Assembly: GCF_041886205.1 (NCBI RefSeq)
Contig: NZ_CP169029.1
Strand: one strand, 5' to 3'
DNA: 64,000 bases
DNA from: Escherichia coli
GTDB taxonomy: Bacteria; Pseudomonadota; Gammaproteobacteria; Enterobacterales; Enterobacteriaceae
Shown: positions 38,253-49,969 of the stretch, piece after piece
Position numbering within the stretch: position 1 is the first letter of the stretch
How the letters are laid out: every line of letters starts with the position of its first letter
Notes under the pieces: model-generated
The model's database searches: none
What the model was told of the DNA's origin: nothing
Seen by the model: the letters and a program-made list of their open reading frames with translations, nothing else
Position numbers and translations under genes: made by a program

Positions 38253-40682
38253 TTACGAATACTTTTTCGTCCGTCGCGTCGGTGCCGTGTTTGCCGGGTC
38301 GTCCGGCCAGACATGTTTGGGATAACGCCCTTTCATCTCTTTTTGCACCTCACGGTACGCTCCTTTCCAGAAGGCGCTCAAATCTCGTGTGATTTGTAAT
38401 GGCCTTTGGGCAGGGGAAAGCAACTCCAGCACCAGCGGCACGCGCCCCTGGGCGATCGTCGGATTGGTGGCCTCACCAAACATCTCCTGCATTCTCACCG
38501 CCAGCGCGGGCGGGTTATCTTCATGATAACGAATGGCGATCCGGCTTCCCGTCGGCACAGTGTAATGCGCAGGCAATTCACTATCCAGACGTTGCTGCAT
38601 TCCCCAATCAAGTAATCCGCGTAGTGCCTGATAAATGTCGAGTGATTTCAGGCCGCGTAGTGAATGCACGCCGGTCATATGTGGCAGCAGCCACGTTTCC
38701 AGCGTCGCCAACAAACTTTCATTATCAACCGCAGGCCAGTCATATTCCGGCAACCACTTTGCGGCGCATAACAAACGCAAGCGTAGCTGTTCCGCTTCCG
38801 CCGTCCAGTTGAGCACGCTTAAACCTTTATCACTAATGCCGTTAAGCATCGCCTGATGCAACTCGTCTTCTGACGGTTTCGCCAGTGGCTGCACTTTCAC
38901 CGTCAGCTGACCGATTTGCAGCCGACGCCAGGCTTTCAGCGTACCTTGCGCGTCATCCCACTCCACAGTGTCAGACTGCTGTACCAGCTGCGGGCAGCGT
39001 TGTACTAACTCATCAATATCGACCGGCAGCGCCAGTAAAATCCGCGCATCCGGCGAGGCGCTGCCCTGCAATAATAACGGTGCGATCAACCATTCGTGGC
39101 GGCTTAGCGCATCGTCGGCATCGAGCATCGCTCCCATGCCGTTTGCCAGTTGATAGCGTCCATCTTGCCCACGGCGATGAGCAATGCGATCGGCAAACGC
39201 CCCGGCAAGTAGCGGCGCGATAAGCGAACTGTCTGCCTCTCCGCCGCGTACGTTTAAGCGTTTTAACAGTTGCTGACTACGTTGCTGCCAGGCTGGTTGA
39301 TTGCGCGAAAACGCCACGCCCAGGTCACTATTGCCCATCCGTGGCGGCTCTTCGAGAATGGCGGCAATTTTTGCCGCGGTAGCAGCTTCGTCGTCGTTCT
39401 TTGCGCTAACCAGCATTGCCGCTAAACGCGGATCGTTACCCAGCGCTGCCATTTTTTGCCCCTGCGCACTAAGCCGTTCACCGTCCAGCGCCCCCAGCAT
39501 CTTTAACAGGCGTTTCGCGGCCAGTAAATTCACTGCTGGCGGTTGATCCAGCCAGCTCATCTGCGCCGGATCGCTGCATCCCCATTGCAGTAATTCCATC
39601 AGCAAACCGGAAAGATCGCTTTGTAAGATCTCCGGTTCACTTTGCGCGGCAGCGCGTTCTGCTTGTTCTTTGGCGATTAAATGCAGGCTGATACCCGGCT
39701 CCAGACGCCCGGCGCGCCCGGCACGCTGCGTCATCGACGCCTGACTGATTCGCTGAGTAATCAACCGCGTAAGCCCTGTTCGCGGATCAAAACGCGCCAC
39801 CCTTTCCTGGGCACAATCCACCACCAGACGAATACCTTCGATGGTTAAACTGGTTTCAGCAATATTGGTCGCCAGCACCACTTTGCGCATCCCTTGCGGT
39901 GCCGGAAGGATCGCTTTTCGCTGATCGTTCAGCGACAACGCGCCATACAGCGGGCAGAGCAACACATCACTGCCGATACGCGAAGCCAGTTGTTCCTGCA
40001 CACGCTGAATTTCTCCGACGCCTGGTAAAAATAACAGTAATGATCCACTTTCCTGACGCAGCATTTCAGCGGTGGCTACCGCAACGGCTTCGTCAAAACG
40101 CTGATGCGCGGGCAGCGGTAAATAACGGCGTTCAACCGGAAACGAGCGCCCTTCTGAGATGACGACGGGCGCTTCTGGTAGCATTTGTTGCAAGCGGTCG
40201 TTGTCCAGCGTAGCCGACATAATCAGCAGTTTAAGGTCATCACGCAGACCTTGTTGCACATCGAGTAACAGCGCCAACGCCAAATCCGCCTGCAAGCTAC
40301 GCTCATGAAATTCATCAAGGATCACCAATCCAACACCGCTCAACTCCGGGTCACGCTGGATCATCCGCGTCAGCACGCCTTCGGTAACTACTTCCAGGCG
40401 GGTATTCGGCCCGACGCAGTTTTGCGCACGCATCCGGTAGCCAACGGTATCGCCTGGCTTTTCGTTAAGCAGCTCCGCCAGCCGTTGCGCGACGTTACGC
40501 GCCGCCAGACGACGCGGCTCCAGCAGGATAATTTTCCCGTTAATGCCGGGATGCGCCAGCAGTTGCAGCGGCAGCCAGGTTGATTTCCCGGCCCCGGTCG
40601 GCGCACTTAATAATACCTGCGGCGCATAATCGAGAGCGGTAAGTAATTCAGGTAAGACGGCAGCAACGGGCAACGACGACAC
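38253..40682 (-). CDS. hrpB: ATP-dependent RNA helicase HrpB (DEAH-box), 809 aa
   Basis: Walker A APTGAGKST, DEFH box; start assigned to GTG 40682..40680 (VSSLPVAAVLPELL..., read as M); the ORF-track start at 40727 is probably too long. Confidence 0.85.
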   Translation of the reverse strand: MSSLPVAAVLPELLTALDYAPQVLLSAPTGAGKSTWLPLQLLAHPGINGKIILLEPRRLAARNVAQRLAELLNEKPGDTVGYRMRAQNCVGPNTRLEVVTEGVLTRMIQRDPELSGVGLVILDEFHERSLQADLALALLLDVQQGLRDDLKLLIMSATLDNDRLQQMLPEAPVVISEGRSFPVERRYLPLPAHQRFDEAVAVATAEMLRQESGSLLLFLPGVGEIQRVQEQLASRIGSDVLLCPLYGALSLNDQRKAILPAPQGMRKVVLATNIAETSLTIEGIRLVVDCAQERVARFDPRTGLTRLITQRISQASMTQRAGRAGRLEPGISLHLIAKEQAERAAAQSEPEILQSDLSGLLMELLQWGCSDPAQMSWLDQPPAVNLLAAKRLLKMLGALDGERLSAQGQKMAALGNDPRLAAMLVSAKNDDEAATAAKIAAILEEPPRMGNSDLGVAFSRNQPAWQQRSQQLLKRLNVRGGEADSSLIAPLLAGAFADRIAHRRGQDGRYQLANGMGAMLDADDALSRHEWLIAPLLLQGSASPDARILLALPVDIDELVQRCPQLVQQSDTVEWDDAQGTLKAWRRLQIGQLTVKVQPLAKPSEDELHQAMLNGISDKGLSVLNWTAEAEQLRLRLLCAAKWLPEYDWPAVDNESLLATLETWLLPHMTGVHSLRGLKSLDIYQALRGLLDWGMQQRLDSELPAHYTVPTGSRIAIRYHEDNPPALAVRMQEMFGEATNPTIAQGRVPLVLELLSPAQRPLQITRDLSAFWKGAYREVQKEMKGRYPKHVWPDDPANTAPTRRTKKYS

Positions 40683-40755
40683 AAAACGCTCCAGAGGGTT
40701 AACATTCTTCGCGCCACATTGTAGCATCGCGGTAATTCATAACCGAGTGCCTCAC

Positions 40756-42005
<1,250 letters not shown>

Positions 42006-42182
42006 TAAAGTAAGTAACTGGTTAATTTACATTCTGGTCGCGTGCGCAAATACGCTTTTCCTCACACAGTTGTCAAGTGTTACGTTTAGATAATTGCTAT
42101 CCGGAAAAGCATCTGCTATTTATAGCGGCCTCATTTTTCCCCCGAACATGGGGATCGATAGTGCGTGTTAAGGAGAAGCAAC

Positions 42183-42638
42183 ATGCAAGAAGGGCAAAAC
42201 CGTAAAACATCGTCCCTGAGTATTCTCGCCATCGCTGGGGTGGAACCATATCAGGAGAAGCCGGGCGAAGAGTATATGAATGAAGCCCAGCTGGCGCACT
42301 TCCGTCGTATTCTGGAAGCATGGCGTAATCAACTCAGGGATGAAGTCGATCGCACCGTTACACATATGCAGGATGAAGCAGCCAACTTCCCGGACCCGGT
42401 AGACCGTGCAGCCCAGGAAGAAGAGTTCAGCCTCGAACTGCGTAACCGCGATCGCGAGCGTAAGCTGATCAAAAAGATCGAGAAGACGCTGAAAAAAGTG
42501 GAAGACGAAGATTTCGGCTACTGCGAATCCTGCGGTGTTGAAATTGGTATTCGCCGTCTGGAAGCGCGCCCGACAGCCGATCTGTGCATCGACTGCAAAA
42601 CGCTGGCTGAAATTCGCGAAAAACAGATGGCTGGCTAA
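42183..42638 (+). CDS. dksA: RNA polymerase-binding transcription factor DksA (151 aa)
   Basis: Start at [19 protein letters not shown] (ATG 42183, AGGAGA RBS); coiled-coil plus C4 zinc finger (CESCGVEI...CIDC). Confidence 0.95.
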   Translation: MQEGQNRKTSSLSILAIAGVEPYQEKPGEEYMNEAQLAHFRRILEAWRNQLRDEVDRTVTHMQDEAANFPDPVDRAAQEEEFSLELRNRDRERKLIKKIEKTLKKVEDEDFGYCESCGVEIGIRRLEARPTADLCIDCKTLAEIREKQMAG

Positions 42639-42666
42639 TTACAGCCGTTCCATCACGTTTACCACA

Positions 42667-42695
42667 GGCGGGAAATGCTCCCGCCTTATTTTTTG
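42667..42695 (+). terminator. intrinsic terminator downstream of dksA, overlapping the gluQ 5' end
   Basis: ggcggga-aatgc-tcccgcc followed by TTATTTTTT; the 42675 ATG lies in the hairpin loop. Confidence 0.8.
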
Positions 42696-43601
42696 TTCAA
42701 AGAGATGACAGACACACACTATATTGGCCGCTTCGCCCCCTCTCCTTCCGGCGAGCTTCATTTTGGTTCTCTGATTGCTGCGCTTGGCAGCTATTTGCAG
42801 GCTCGCGCCCGGCAAGGTCGCTGGCTGGTACGCATAGAAGATATCGACCCGCCTCGTGAAGTTCCCGGTGCCGCAGAAACTATCCTGCGCCAGCTGGAAC
42901 ATTACGGCCTGCACTGGGACGGCGATGTTCTCTGGCAATCGCAACGTCACCACGCCTATCGCGAAGCACTCGCCTGGTTACATGAGCAAGGACTAAGTTA
43001 TTACTGCACCTGCACGCGTGCGCGTATTCAAAGCATTGGTGGTATTTACGACGGTCATTGCCGGGAATTGCATCATGGACCAGATAACGCCGCAGTGCGT
43101 ATCCGCCAGCAGCATCCGGTCACCCAGTTTACTGACCAGCTGCGCGGCATTATTCACGCCGAAGAAAAACTGGCGAGGGAAGATTTTATTATTCATCGCC
43201 GTGATGGTTTGTTTGCCTATAACCTGGCGGTGGTGGTGGATGATCACTTCCAGGGCGTGAGCGAAATTGTCCGCGGGGCAGATTTGATCGAACCGACAGT
43301 GCGGCAAATCTCGCTGTACCAGCTTTTTGGCTGGCAAGTGCCAGATTACATTCATCTGCCGCTGGCGCTTAATCCACAAGGCGCTAAACTTTCCAAGCAG
43401 AATCATGCGCCTGCGTTGCCGAAAGGCGATCCACGCCCGGTACTAATCGCGGCACTTCAATTTCTGGGGCAGCAGGCAGAAGCACACTGGCAGGATTTCA
43501 GCGTCGAGCAAATCCTTCAGTCAGCCGTCAAAAACTGGACGCTGACCGCCGTGCCTGAGTCGGCAATTGTAAATTCAACATTCTCAAATGCGTCATGCTG
43601 A
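42675..43601 (+). CDS. gluQ: glutamyl-Q tRNA(Asp) synthetase GluQ (YadB), truncated GluRS paralog
   Basis: Class-I aaRS catalytic domain ([23 protein letters not shown]). Longest ORF starts at ATG 42675 (308 aa), which lies inside the dksA terminator hairpin; in-frame ATG at 42705 ([10 protein letters not shown], 298 aa) is an alternative start. Confidence 0.85.
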   Translation: MLPPYFLFKEMTDTHYIGRFAPSPSGELHFGSLIAALGSYLQARARQGRWLVRIEDIDPPREVPGAAETILRQLEHYGLHWDGDVLWQSQRHHAYREALAWLHEQGLSYYCTCTRARIQSIGGIYDGHCRELHHGPDNAAVRIRQQHPVTQFTDQLRGIIHAEEKLAREDFIIHRRDGLFAYNLAVVVDDHFQGVSEIVRGADLIEPTVRQISLYQLFGWQVPDYIHLPLALNPQGAKLSKQNHAPALPKGDPRPVLIAALQFLGQQAEAHWQDFSVEQILQSAVKNWTLTAVPESAIVNSTFSNASC

Positions 43602-43660
43602 GCTATGATTAGCCGCTATTTTTTTGTCCTGAATGATGTTTGACACTACCGAGGTGTACT

Positions 43661-45058
43661 ATTTTTACCCGAGTCGCTAATTTTTGCCGCAAGGTGCTAA
43701 GCCGCGAGGAAAGCGAGGCTGAACAGGCAGTCGCCCGTCCACAGGTGACGGTGATCCCGCGTGAGCAGCATGCTATTTCCCGCAAAGATATCAGTGAAAA
43801 TGCCCTGAAGGTAATGTACAGGCTCAATAAAGCGGGATACGAAGCCTGGCTGGTTGGCGGCGGCGTGCGCGACCTGTTACTTGGCAAAAAGCCGAAAGAT
43901 TTTGACGTAACCACTAACGCCACGCCTGAGCAGGTGCGCAAACTGTTCCGTAACTGCCGCCTGGTGGGTCGCCGTTTCCGTCTGGCTCATGTGATGTTTG
44001 GCCCGGAGATTATCGAAGTTGCAACCTTCCGTGGACACCACGAAGGTAACGTCAGCGACCGCACGACCTCCCAACGCGGGCAAAACGGCATGTTGCTGCG
44101 CGACAACATTTTCGGCTCCATCGAAGAAGACGCCCAGCGCCGCGATTTCACTATCAACAGCCTGTATTACAGCGTAGCGGATTTTACCGTCCGTGATTAC
44201 GTTGGCGGCATGAAGGATCTGAAGGACGGCGTTATCCGTCTGATTGGTAACCCGGAAACGCGCTACCGTGAAGATCCGGTACGTATGCTGCGCGCGGTAC
44301 GTTTTGCCGCCAAATTGGGTATGCGCATCAGCCCGGAAACCGCAGAACCGATCCCTCGCCTCGCTACCCTGCTGAACGATATCCCACCGGCACGCCTGTT
44401 TGAAGAATCGCTTAAACTGCTACAAGCGGGCTACGGTTACGAAACCTATAAGCTGTTGTGTGAATATCATCTGTTCCAGCCGCTGTTCCCGACCATTACC
44501 CGCTACTTCACGGAAAATGGCGACAGCCCGATGGAGCGGATCATTGAACAGGTGCTGAAGAATACCGATACGCGTATCCATAACGATATGCGCGTGAACC
44601 CGGCGTTCCTGTTTGCCGCCATGTTCTGGTACCCACTGCTGGAGACGGCACAGAAGATCGCCCAGGAAAGCGGCCTGACCTATCACGACGCTTTCGCGCT
44701 GGCGATGAACGACGTGCTGGACGAAGCCTGCCGTTCACTGGCAATCCCGAAACGTCTAACGACGTTAACCCGCGATATCTGGCAGTTGCAGTTGCGTATG
44801 TCCCGTCGTCAGGGTAAACGCGCATGGAAACTACTGGAGCATCCTAAGTTCCGTGCGGCTTATGACCTGTTGGCCTTGCGAGCTGAAGTTGAACGTAACG
44901 CTGAACTACAGCGTCTGGTGAAATGGTGGGGTGAGTTCCAGGTTTCCGCGCCACCAGATCAAAAAGGGATGCTTAACGAGTTGGATGAAGAGCCGTCACC
45001 GCGTCGCCGTACTCGTCGTCCACGCAAACGCGCACCGCGTCGTGAGGGTACCGCATGA
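43661..45058 (+). CDS. pcnB: poly(A) polymerase I PcnB (465 aa), AUU start codon
   Basis: Nucleotidyltransferase motif [17 protein letters not shown]; start assigned to ATT 43661..43663 preceded by GAGG, following the published AUU initiation of pcnB; ORF-track TTG start 43640 is 7 codons upstream. Confidence 0.85.
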
Positions 45059-45534
45059 CAGTGGCGTATATTGCCATAGGCAGCAATCAGGCCTCTCCGC
45101 TGGAGCAGGTCAATGCTGCCCTGAAAGCATTAGGCGATATCCCTGAAAGCCACATTCTTGCCGTTTCTTCGTTTTACCGCACCCCACCGCTGGGGCCGCA
45201 AGATCAACCCGATTACTTAAACGCAGCCGTGGCGCTTGAAACTTCGCTCGCCCCGGAAGAGTTACTCAATCACACACAGCGTATTGAATTGCAGCAAGGT
45301 CGCGTCCGTAAAGCTGAACGCTGGGGACCGCGCACGCTGGATCTTGACATCATGCTGTTTGGTAATGAAGTGATAAATACCGAACGTCTGACCGTTCCGC
45401 ACTACGATATGAAAAATCGTGGCTTTATGTTATGGCCGCTGTTTGAGATTGCACCGGAGCTGGTTTTTCCTGATGGGGAGACGTTGGCGACAAGGCTCAC
45501 CAATTTGAACGCCTTATGCCCACAACGCTGGTGA
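45055..45534 (+). CDS. folK: 2-amino-4-hydroxy-6-hydroxymethyldihydropteridine pyrophosphokinase FolK (159 aa)
   Basis: [59 protein letters not shown]...; ATGA overlap with pcnB stop. Confidence 0.95.
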
Positions 45535-45938
45535 ACTTGCTATAGCAAAGAGTAAATTCATTCAGCGTTTTTATTACGTTTTTTTAATATTAATTCTTTC
45601 TCAAATCTAAGCATAATATTTAATAAAACGCATTTCATAGCTTTCGTGTTTTTGTCTGTGCGCTAACTATTCTGACAATAGATTAGTTAAAAAAGTCTTC
45701 ACCACCTTATTGATACATTGAAAGAATAACAGATTTAACAACACAGGCTTTTTAACGTCCAATTAATAAAAATATCACTCAAACAAATAACTAAATATTG
45801 CATATACACACAGTGAATATTATTTATTTTATCGAACTTCACATTCACCAGATCTATTTTTATTCCATTTGTATAAGCTTTATAATTTGCTGAGGTGACT
45901 CTTCTCACCTCTCTATTATTTTTATAAGGACATTAAAT
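45535..45938 (+). promoter_or_regulatory. AT-rich leader/promoter region of the yad fimbrial operon (candidate H-NS target)
   Basis: 404-bp spacer, strongly AT-rich with A/T tracts and TATAAT at 45881..45886; inverted repeat gaggtga-ctcttc-tcacctc at 45892..45911 just upstream of yadN. Confidence 0.5.
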
Positions 45939-46511
45939 ATGTTAAAGAAAAGCGCTATTGCTGCGGCATTAGTTATGTTTACCAGTTCGGCCTTCGCGCT
46001 GGATGGCGGCCAACTGGATTTCGCAGGTTTGGTAAGTGACAACACGTGTATCCTGCACGTCAACGGTGGTGCACAGGATGGACAAATTAACCTGGAAACC
46101 GCAACAACGGCTGAAGTTACAGGTGCTGGCGTAGTCAATGCAGCCAATGTCGGCGCGAAAGCTGAACCGTTCTCTATTACAGTGGATTGCTCAGCAAACA
46201 CGCCTGCCGCCGCTGAAGCCAATCTGAATATGAGCTCAGTTTTCTTCAGTAACAGCCAGGGCACCCTGAATAACGATATGTCCGTAAGCCAGGCGGCAAG
46301 CGGCGTCGCTATTGCCGTTCACTATGTACCAAGCGCCGGCACTTTCGAGCAGGTCAAAATCAATGACAGCACCGATATTAAAAACCTCACGTTAACCAAC
46401 GGTAAAGGGACCTGGAACTTCCAGGCATCTTACGTTAAGCAGGCAGCGTCGATTCCTGTCGTTGCCGGGTTTGTGAAAACCAACGCGGCTTATACGATCA
46501 CTTACCCGTAA
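45939..46511 (+). CDS. yadN: fimbrial major subunit-like protein (YadN-type), 190 aa, signal peptide
   Basis: Signal peptide MLKKSAIAAALVMFTSSAFA; fimbrial subunit features (Cys pair, C-terminal ...AAYTITYP donor-strand motif); first gene of the chaperone-usher operon. Confidence 0.8.
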   Translation: MLKKSAIAAALVMFTSSAFALDGGQLDFAGLVSDNTCILHVNGGAQDGQINLETATTAEVTGAGVVNAANVGAKAEPFSITVDCSANTPAAAEANLNMSSVFFSNSQGTLNNDMSVSQAASGVAIAVHYVPSAGTFEQVKINDSTDIKNLTLTNGKGTWNFQASYVKQAASIPVVAGFVKTNAAYTITYP

Positions 46512-46573
46512 TTCAGATACAGACCAGGCAGTCGATGTCGGGCTGCCTGTATGACTTTAATAAGGACATCATT

Positions 46574-47317
46574 ATGACCAGGACGCGTCAGTTACTCCTT
46601 GCTTCACTTTTCACCTGCGCAGGTGCATTAGCCAGCTTTTCTGCCTGTGCCGATATTGTGCTTTCCGGCACGCGTATTATTTACAACGCAAACCAGAAAG
46701 AAGTCTCCCTGCGTATGGAAAACAAAGGCAGCCGCCCGCTGCTGGTACAAACCTGGATCGATACCGGGAGTGAAAACGCGGATCCCAGCACCATCACCGT
46801 GCCTTTTACCGTCACGCCACCGGTCTCTCGTGTGGACGGTAAACGTGGGCAGACGGTGAAAATCGCCTGGAATACCAGCCAAACGTTGCCCGCCGATCGC
46901 GAAAGTGTTTTCTGGTTCAATGCGCTGGAAGTCCCCCCCAAAATGAGCGAGACCGAGGCTCAGGGGAAAAATATCCTGCAACTGGCGTTCCGCACCCGCA
47001 TCAAGCTGTTTTATCGCCCGGCTAACCTGGTCGGCAGCGCCCCGGACGCCCCCAAACAACTGACCTGGCATCTGCAATCCTCTGGCGGGAAAGTTGTGCT
47101 TCAGGCCACTAACCCAACGCCATTTCACGTCTCTTTCAGCAGCATTAGCCTGATTTCGGGCGGAAAAAAATACGCCGTCGACGCCACGATGGTCTCCCCA
47201 AAAAGCAGCGCTGACATGACAGTGAAAGGTCTGAGCACTGCATCTGCTGGTGCAACGATTGAATATACCGCCATTAATGACTTCGGCGGTGCCATTGAAG
47301 GCAAAGTGAAGCTTTGA
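46574..47317 (+). CDS. yadV: PapD-like periplasmic fimbrial chaperone (YadV/EcpD-type)
   Basis: Start at MTRTRQLLLASLFTCAGALA (ATG 46574, AAGGA RBS); PapD-like two-domain chaperone. Confidence 0.85.
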   Translation: MTRTRQLLLASLFTCAGALASFSACADIVLSGTRIIYNANQKEVSLRMENKGSRPLLVQTWIDTGSENADPSTITVPFTVTPPVSRVDGKRGQTVKIAWNTSQTLPADRESVFWFNALEVPPKMSETEAQGKNILQLAFRTRIKLFYRPANLVGSAPDAPKQLTWHLQSSGGKVVLQATNPTPFHVSFSSISLISGGKKYAVDATMVSPKSSADMTVKGLSTASAGATIEYTAINDFGGAIEGKVKL

Positions 47318-47347
47318 CGCACTGACTAACTACGCAGGGATTGCACA

Positions 47348-49969
47348 ATGACGACGCCTTTCAACGGCACAAAATTTCCCCTCTCTCCACTCGCTTGTCT
47401 GGTGGCGTTCAGTCTGCTGCCCTGCGCCTACAGCGCCATGGCGGCAGAGGAAGCTGTTGAATTTGATAACACCTTCCTGATGGGGGCCGGTGCCAAAAAT
47501 ATCGACGTCAATCGCTACAGTGATGGCAACCCCGCATTGCCAGGCCGTCACGACGTAAGCGTGTTTATCAACAATAAGCCGATCAGCAATCTGTCCATGG
47601 AGTTTATTGAAATAGCGAATAGCCGTAGCGCCAAACCCTGTATCTCTGCCAGCACCCTGCTCCAGCTGCATATTCGCCTGCCGGATAATCTCGACGATAC
47701 GGCGATTTTGCAAAAGCGCGACAGTACCGCGCAGGACTGTCTTAATCTTGAGGTCGCCATTCCCCAGTCCAGCCTCACCTATAACAGTAACGATCAGCGG
47801 ATGGACATTAATGTGCCTCAGCTGTGGTTACAAAAAACTTACGCTAACTATGTGGATCCTTCCCTGTGGGACGAAGGGATCAACGCAGCCATGTTTTCTT
47901 ACACGCTGAATGGCTGGCGCAGTGAATCGCCCGATCAAACCGCAGAGAGTACCTATGCCGGGCTGATGGGCGGCTTTAATTTATGGGGATGGCATTTCCG
48001 TTCGCACGGCAACTATTCATGGGACAAAGAGAGTGGCGGCAGTTTCGAGTTCCAGGACAAGTACCTGCAACGTGATATCACCAGGCTGCGGTCACAACTG
48101 GTTGTCGGTGAAACCAACACTACGGGGGAAACCTTTGATTCCGTTCGTATTCGCGGTGTTCGTCTCTACAGCGAAAGCCGCATGCTGCCACCGACGCTCG
48201 CCTCTTACGCGCCGGTGATCCGTGGGGTCGCGAACTCCAACGCCAAAGTAACAATTACCCAGAACGGCTACAAGATTTACGAAACGACGGTGCCGCCAGG
48301 CCCCTTTGCTATCGATGATTTGTCGCCAGCCGGATTTGGTGCCGATCTCGAAGTCACGGTCACCGAGTCTGACGGCTCACAGCGAACATTCACTCAGGCC
48401 TATTCGTCGGTGATCCAGATGATGCGCCCCGGCGTGGGCAAATGGGACATCAGCGCGGGTGAAATCAAAAAAGATGAGCTGAAGGACAAGCCCAATCTGA
48501 TACAGGGAACGTACTACTACGGGTTAAGTAATACGTTTACCGGCTATACCGGCCTGCAAATGACCGATAACGGCTACTGGGCCGGATTGTTAGGCCTTGG
48601 GATGAACACCTCATTGGGGGCATTTTCTCTTGATGTGACGCAGTCGCACACCGAAATCCCCAACGACAAAACCTATGAGGGCCAGAGCTACCGTATTTCG
48701 TGGAACAAATATTTTGCACCGACCGAAACGTCACTCAACATTGCGGCCTATCGCTACTCGACAAAAAACTATCTCGGTTTGAACGACGCCCTGACGCTGA
48801 TCAACGCTGCTAACCATCCTTATGATGAAGGTTACAAGGGAATCGTCTCCTATGGGCGTATGAAAAACCAGTTCAGCGTCAGCCTCAACCAGACGTTAAA
48901 AAATAGCGAGCGGGATTATGGTTCCTTCTACTTGAACGGGACATGGACGGACTACTGGGCCACTAATGAATCACAGAGTAGTTTTGCGTTTGGTTACAGC
49001 AGCGGCTTTGACTGGGCCAGCTACAGCGTCAGCCTGCAACGTACCTATGACGAAGACAATAACAAAGATGACTCTATCTATCTCAGCCTGACCATTCCGC
49101 TGGACAAACTGTTCGGCAGCGATAGCCGCGAAGGTGGCTTTAGGACACTGAATACCAGCGTCAACAGCGATATGAAGGGCAGTTCGCAATACAACGCTAA
49201 TGCCACCGGCTACAGCCAGGACAACCGCTGGAACTACAGCGTCAACACCTCCTATAACGCATTGAAAGAGACGGAAAGCCTGAAAACCATCAGTGGTTTC
49301 ACCAGCTATGAGTCACCCTGGGACACCCTTTCCGGTTCCGTCTCCGCCAGTAGCGACCACAGTCGTCAGTATGGCGTGAGTACCGATGGCGGCTTTGTGT
49401 TACATCGCCACGGGCTTACGTTCAGTAACGACAGCTTTACCGATTCAGACACGCTGGCGCTGGTCAACGCCCCCGGCGCGAAAGGTGCGCAAATTAACTT
49501 TGGCAGCAGTACCGTGGACCGATTTGGCTACGGGGTAACCAGTGCGCTTTCTCCGTATCATGAAAACACCGTCGCCCTCAACGTGGACAACCTGGATGAA
49601 GATGTGGAACTGAAAAGCACCAGCACCGTCGCGATCCCGCGCCAGGGTGCGATTATCTTCAGCCATTTCGACACCGACACCGGGCGTTCAGCCATTCTTA
49701 ACCTGCTGCGCAGTGATAAGCAGCCCGTACCGTTTGCTTCCGATGTGACAGACAGCAGCGGGCAGTCCATCGGCACAGTTGGGCAAGGGAGCCAGGCTTT
49801 CGTTCGCGGCATTGCCGACGAAGGGGAGCTGGTGGTTTCCTGGTATGAAAAAAATAGCCAGAAACAGTGCCGCATTCACTACCAGATACCGCCCTCTCCC
49901 ACCATGACGGGCAAAACTATCGTATTAAACGCCGTGCCCTGCACCCTGCAATCACAGGAGAGGAAATGA
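47348..49969 (+). CDS. htrE: fimbrial outer membrane usher HtrE (873 aa)
   Basis: 873-aa ORF with signal peptide and usher-size beta-barrel protein between chaperone and minor subunits. Confidence 0.9.
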   Translation: MTTPFNGTKFPLSPLACLVAFSLLPCAYSAMAAEEAVEFDNTFLMGAGAKNIDVNRYSDGNPALPGRHDVSVFINNKPISNLSMEFIEIANSRSAKPCISASTLLQLHIRLPDNLDDTAILQKRDSTAQDCLNLEVAIPQSSLTYNSNDQRMDINVPQLWLQKTYANYVDPSLWDEGINAAMFSYTLNGWRSESPDQTAESTYAGLMGGFNLWGWHFRSHGNYSWDKESGGSFEFQDKYLQRDITRLRSQLVVGETNTTGETFDSVRIRGVRLYSESRMLPPTLASYAPVIRGVANSNAKVTITQNGYKIYETTVPPGPFAIDDLSPAGFGADLEVTVTESDGSQRTFTQAYSSVIQMMRPGVGKWDISAGEIKKDELKDKPNLIQGTYYYGLSNTFTGYTGLQMTDNGYWAGLLGLGMNTSLGAFSLDVTQSHTEIPNDKTYEGQSYRISWNKYFAPTETSLNIAAYRYSTKNYLGLNDALTLINAANHPYDEGYKGIVSYGRMKNQFSVSLNQTLKNSERDYGSFYLNGTWTDYWATNESQSSFAFGYSSGFDWASYSVSLQRTYDEDNNKDDSIYLSLTIPLDKLFGSDSREGGFRTLNTSVNSDMKGSSQYNANATGYSQDNRWNYSVNTSYNALKETESLKTISGFTSYESPWDTLSGSVSASSDHSRQYGVSTDGGFVLHRHGLTFSNDSFTDSDTLALVNAPGAKGAQINFGSSTVDRFGYGVTSALSPYHENTVALNVDNLDEDVELKSTSTVAIPRQGAIIFSHFDTDTGRSAILNLLRSDKQPVPFASDVTDSSGQSIGTVGQGSQAFVRGIADEGELVVSWYEKNSQKQCRIHYQIPPSPTMTGKTIVLNAVPCTLQSQERK

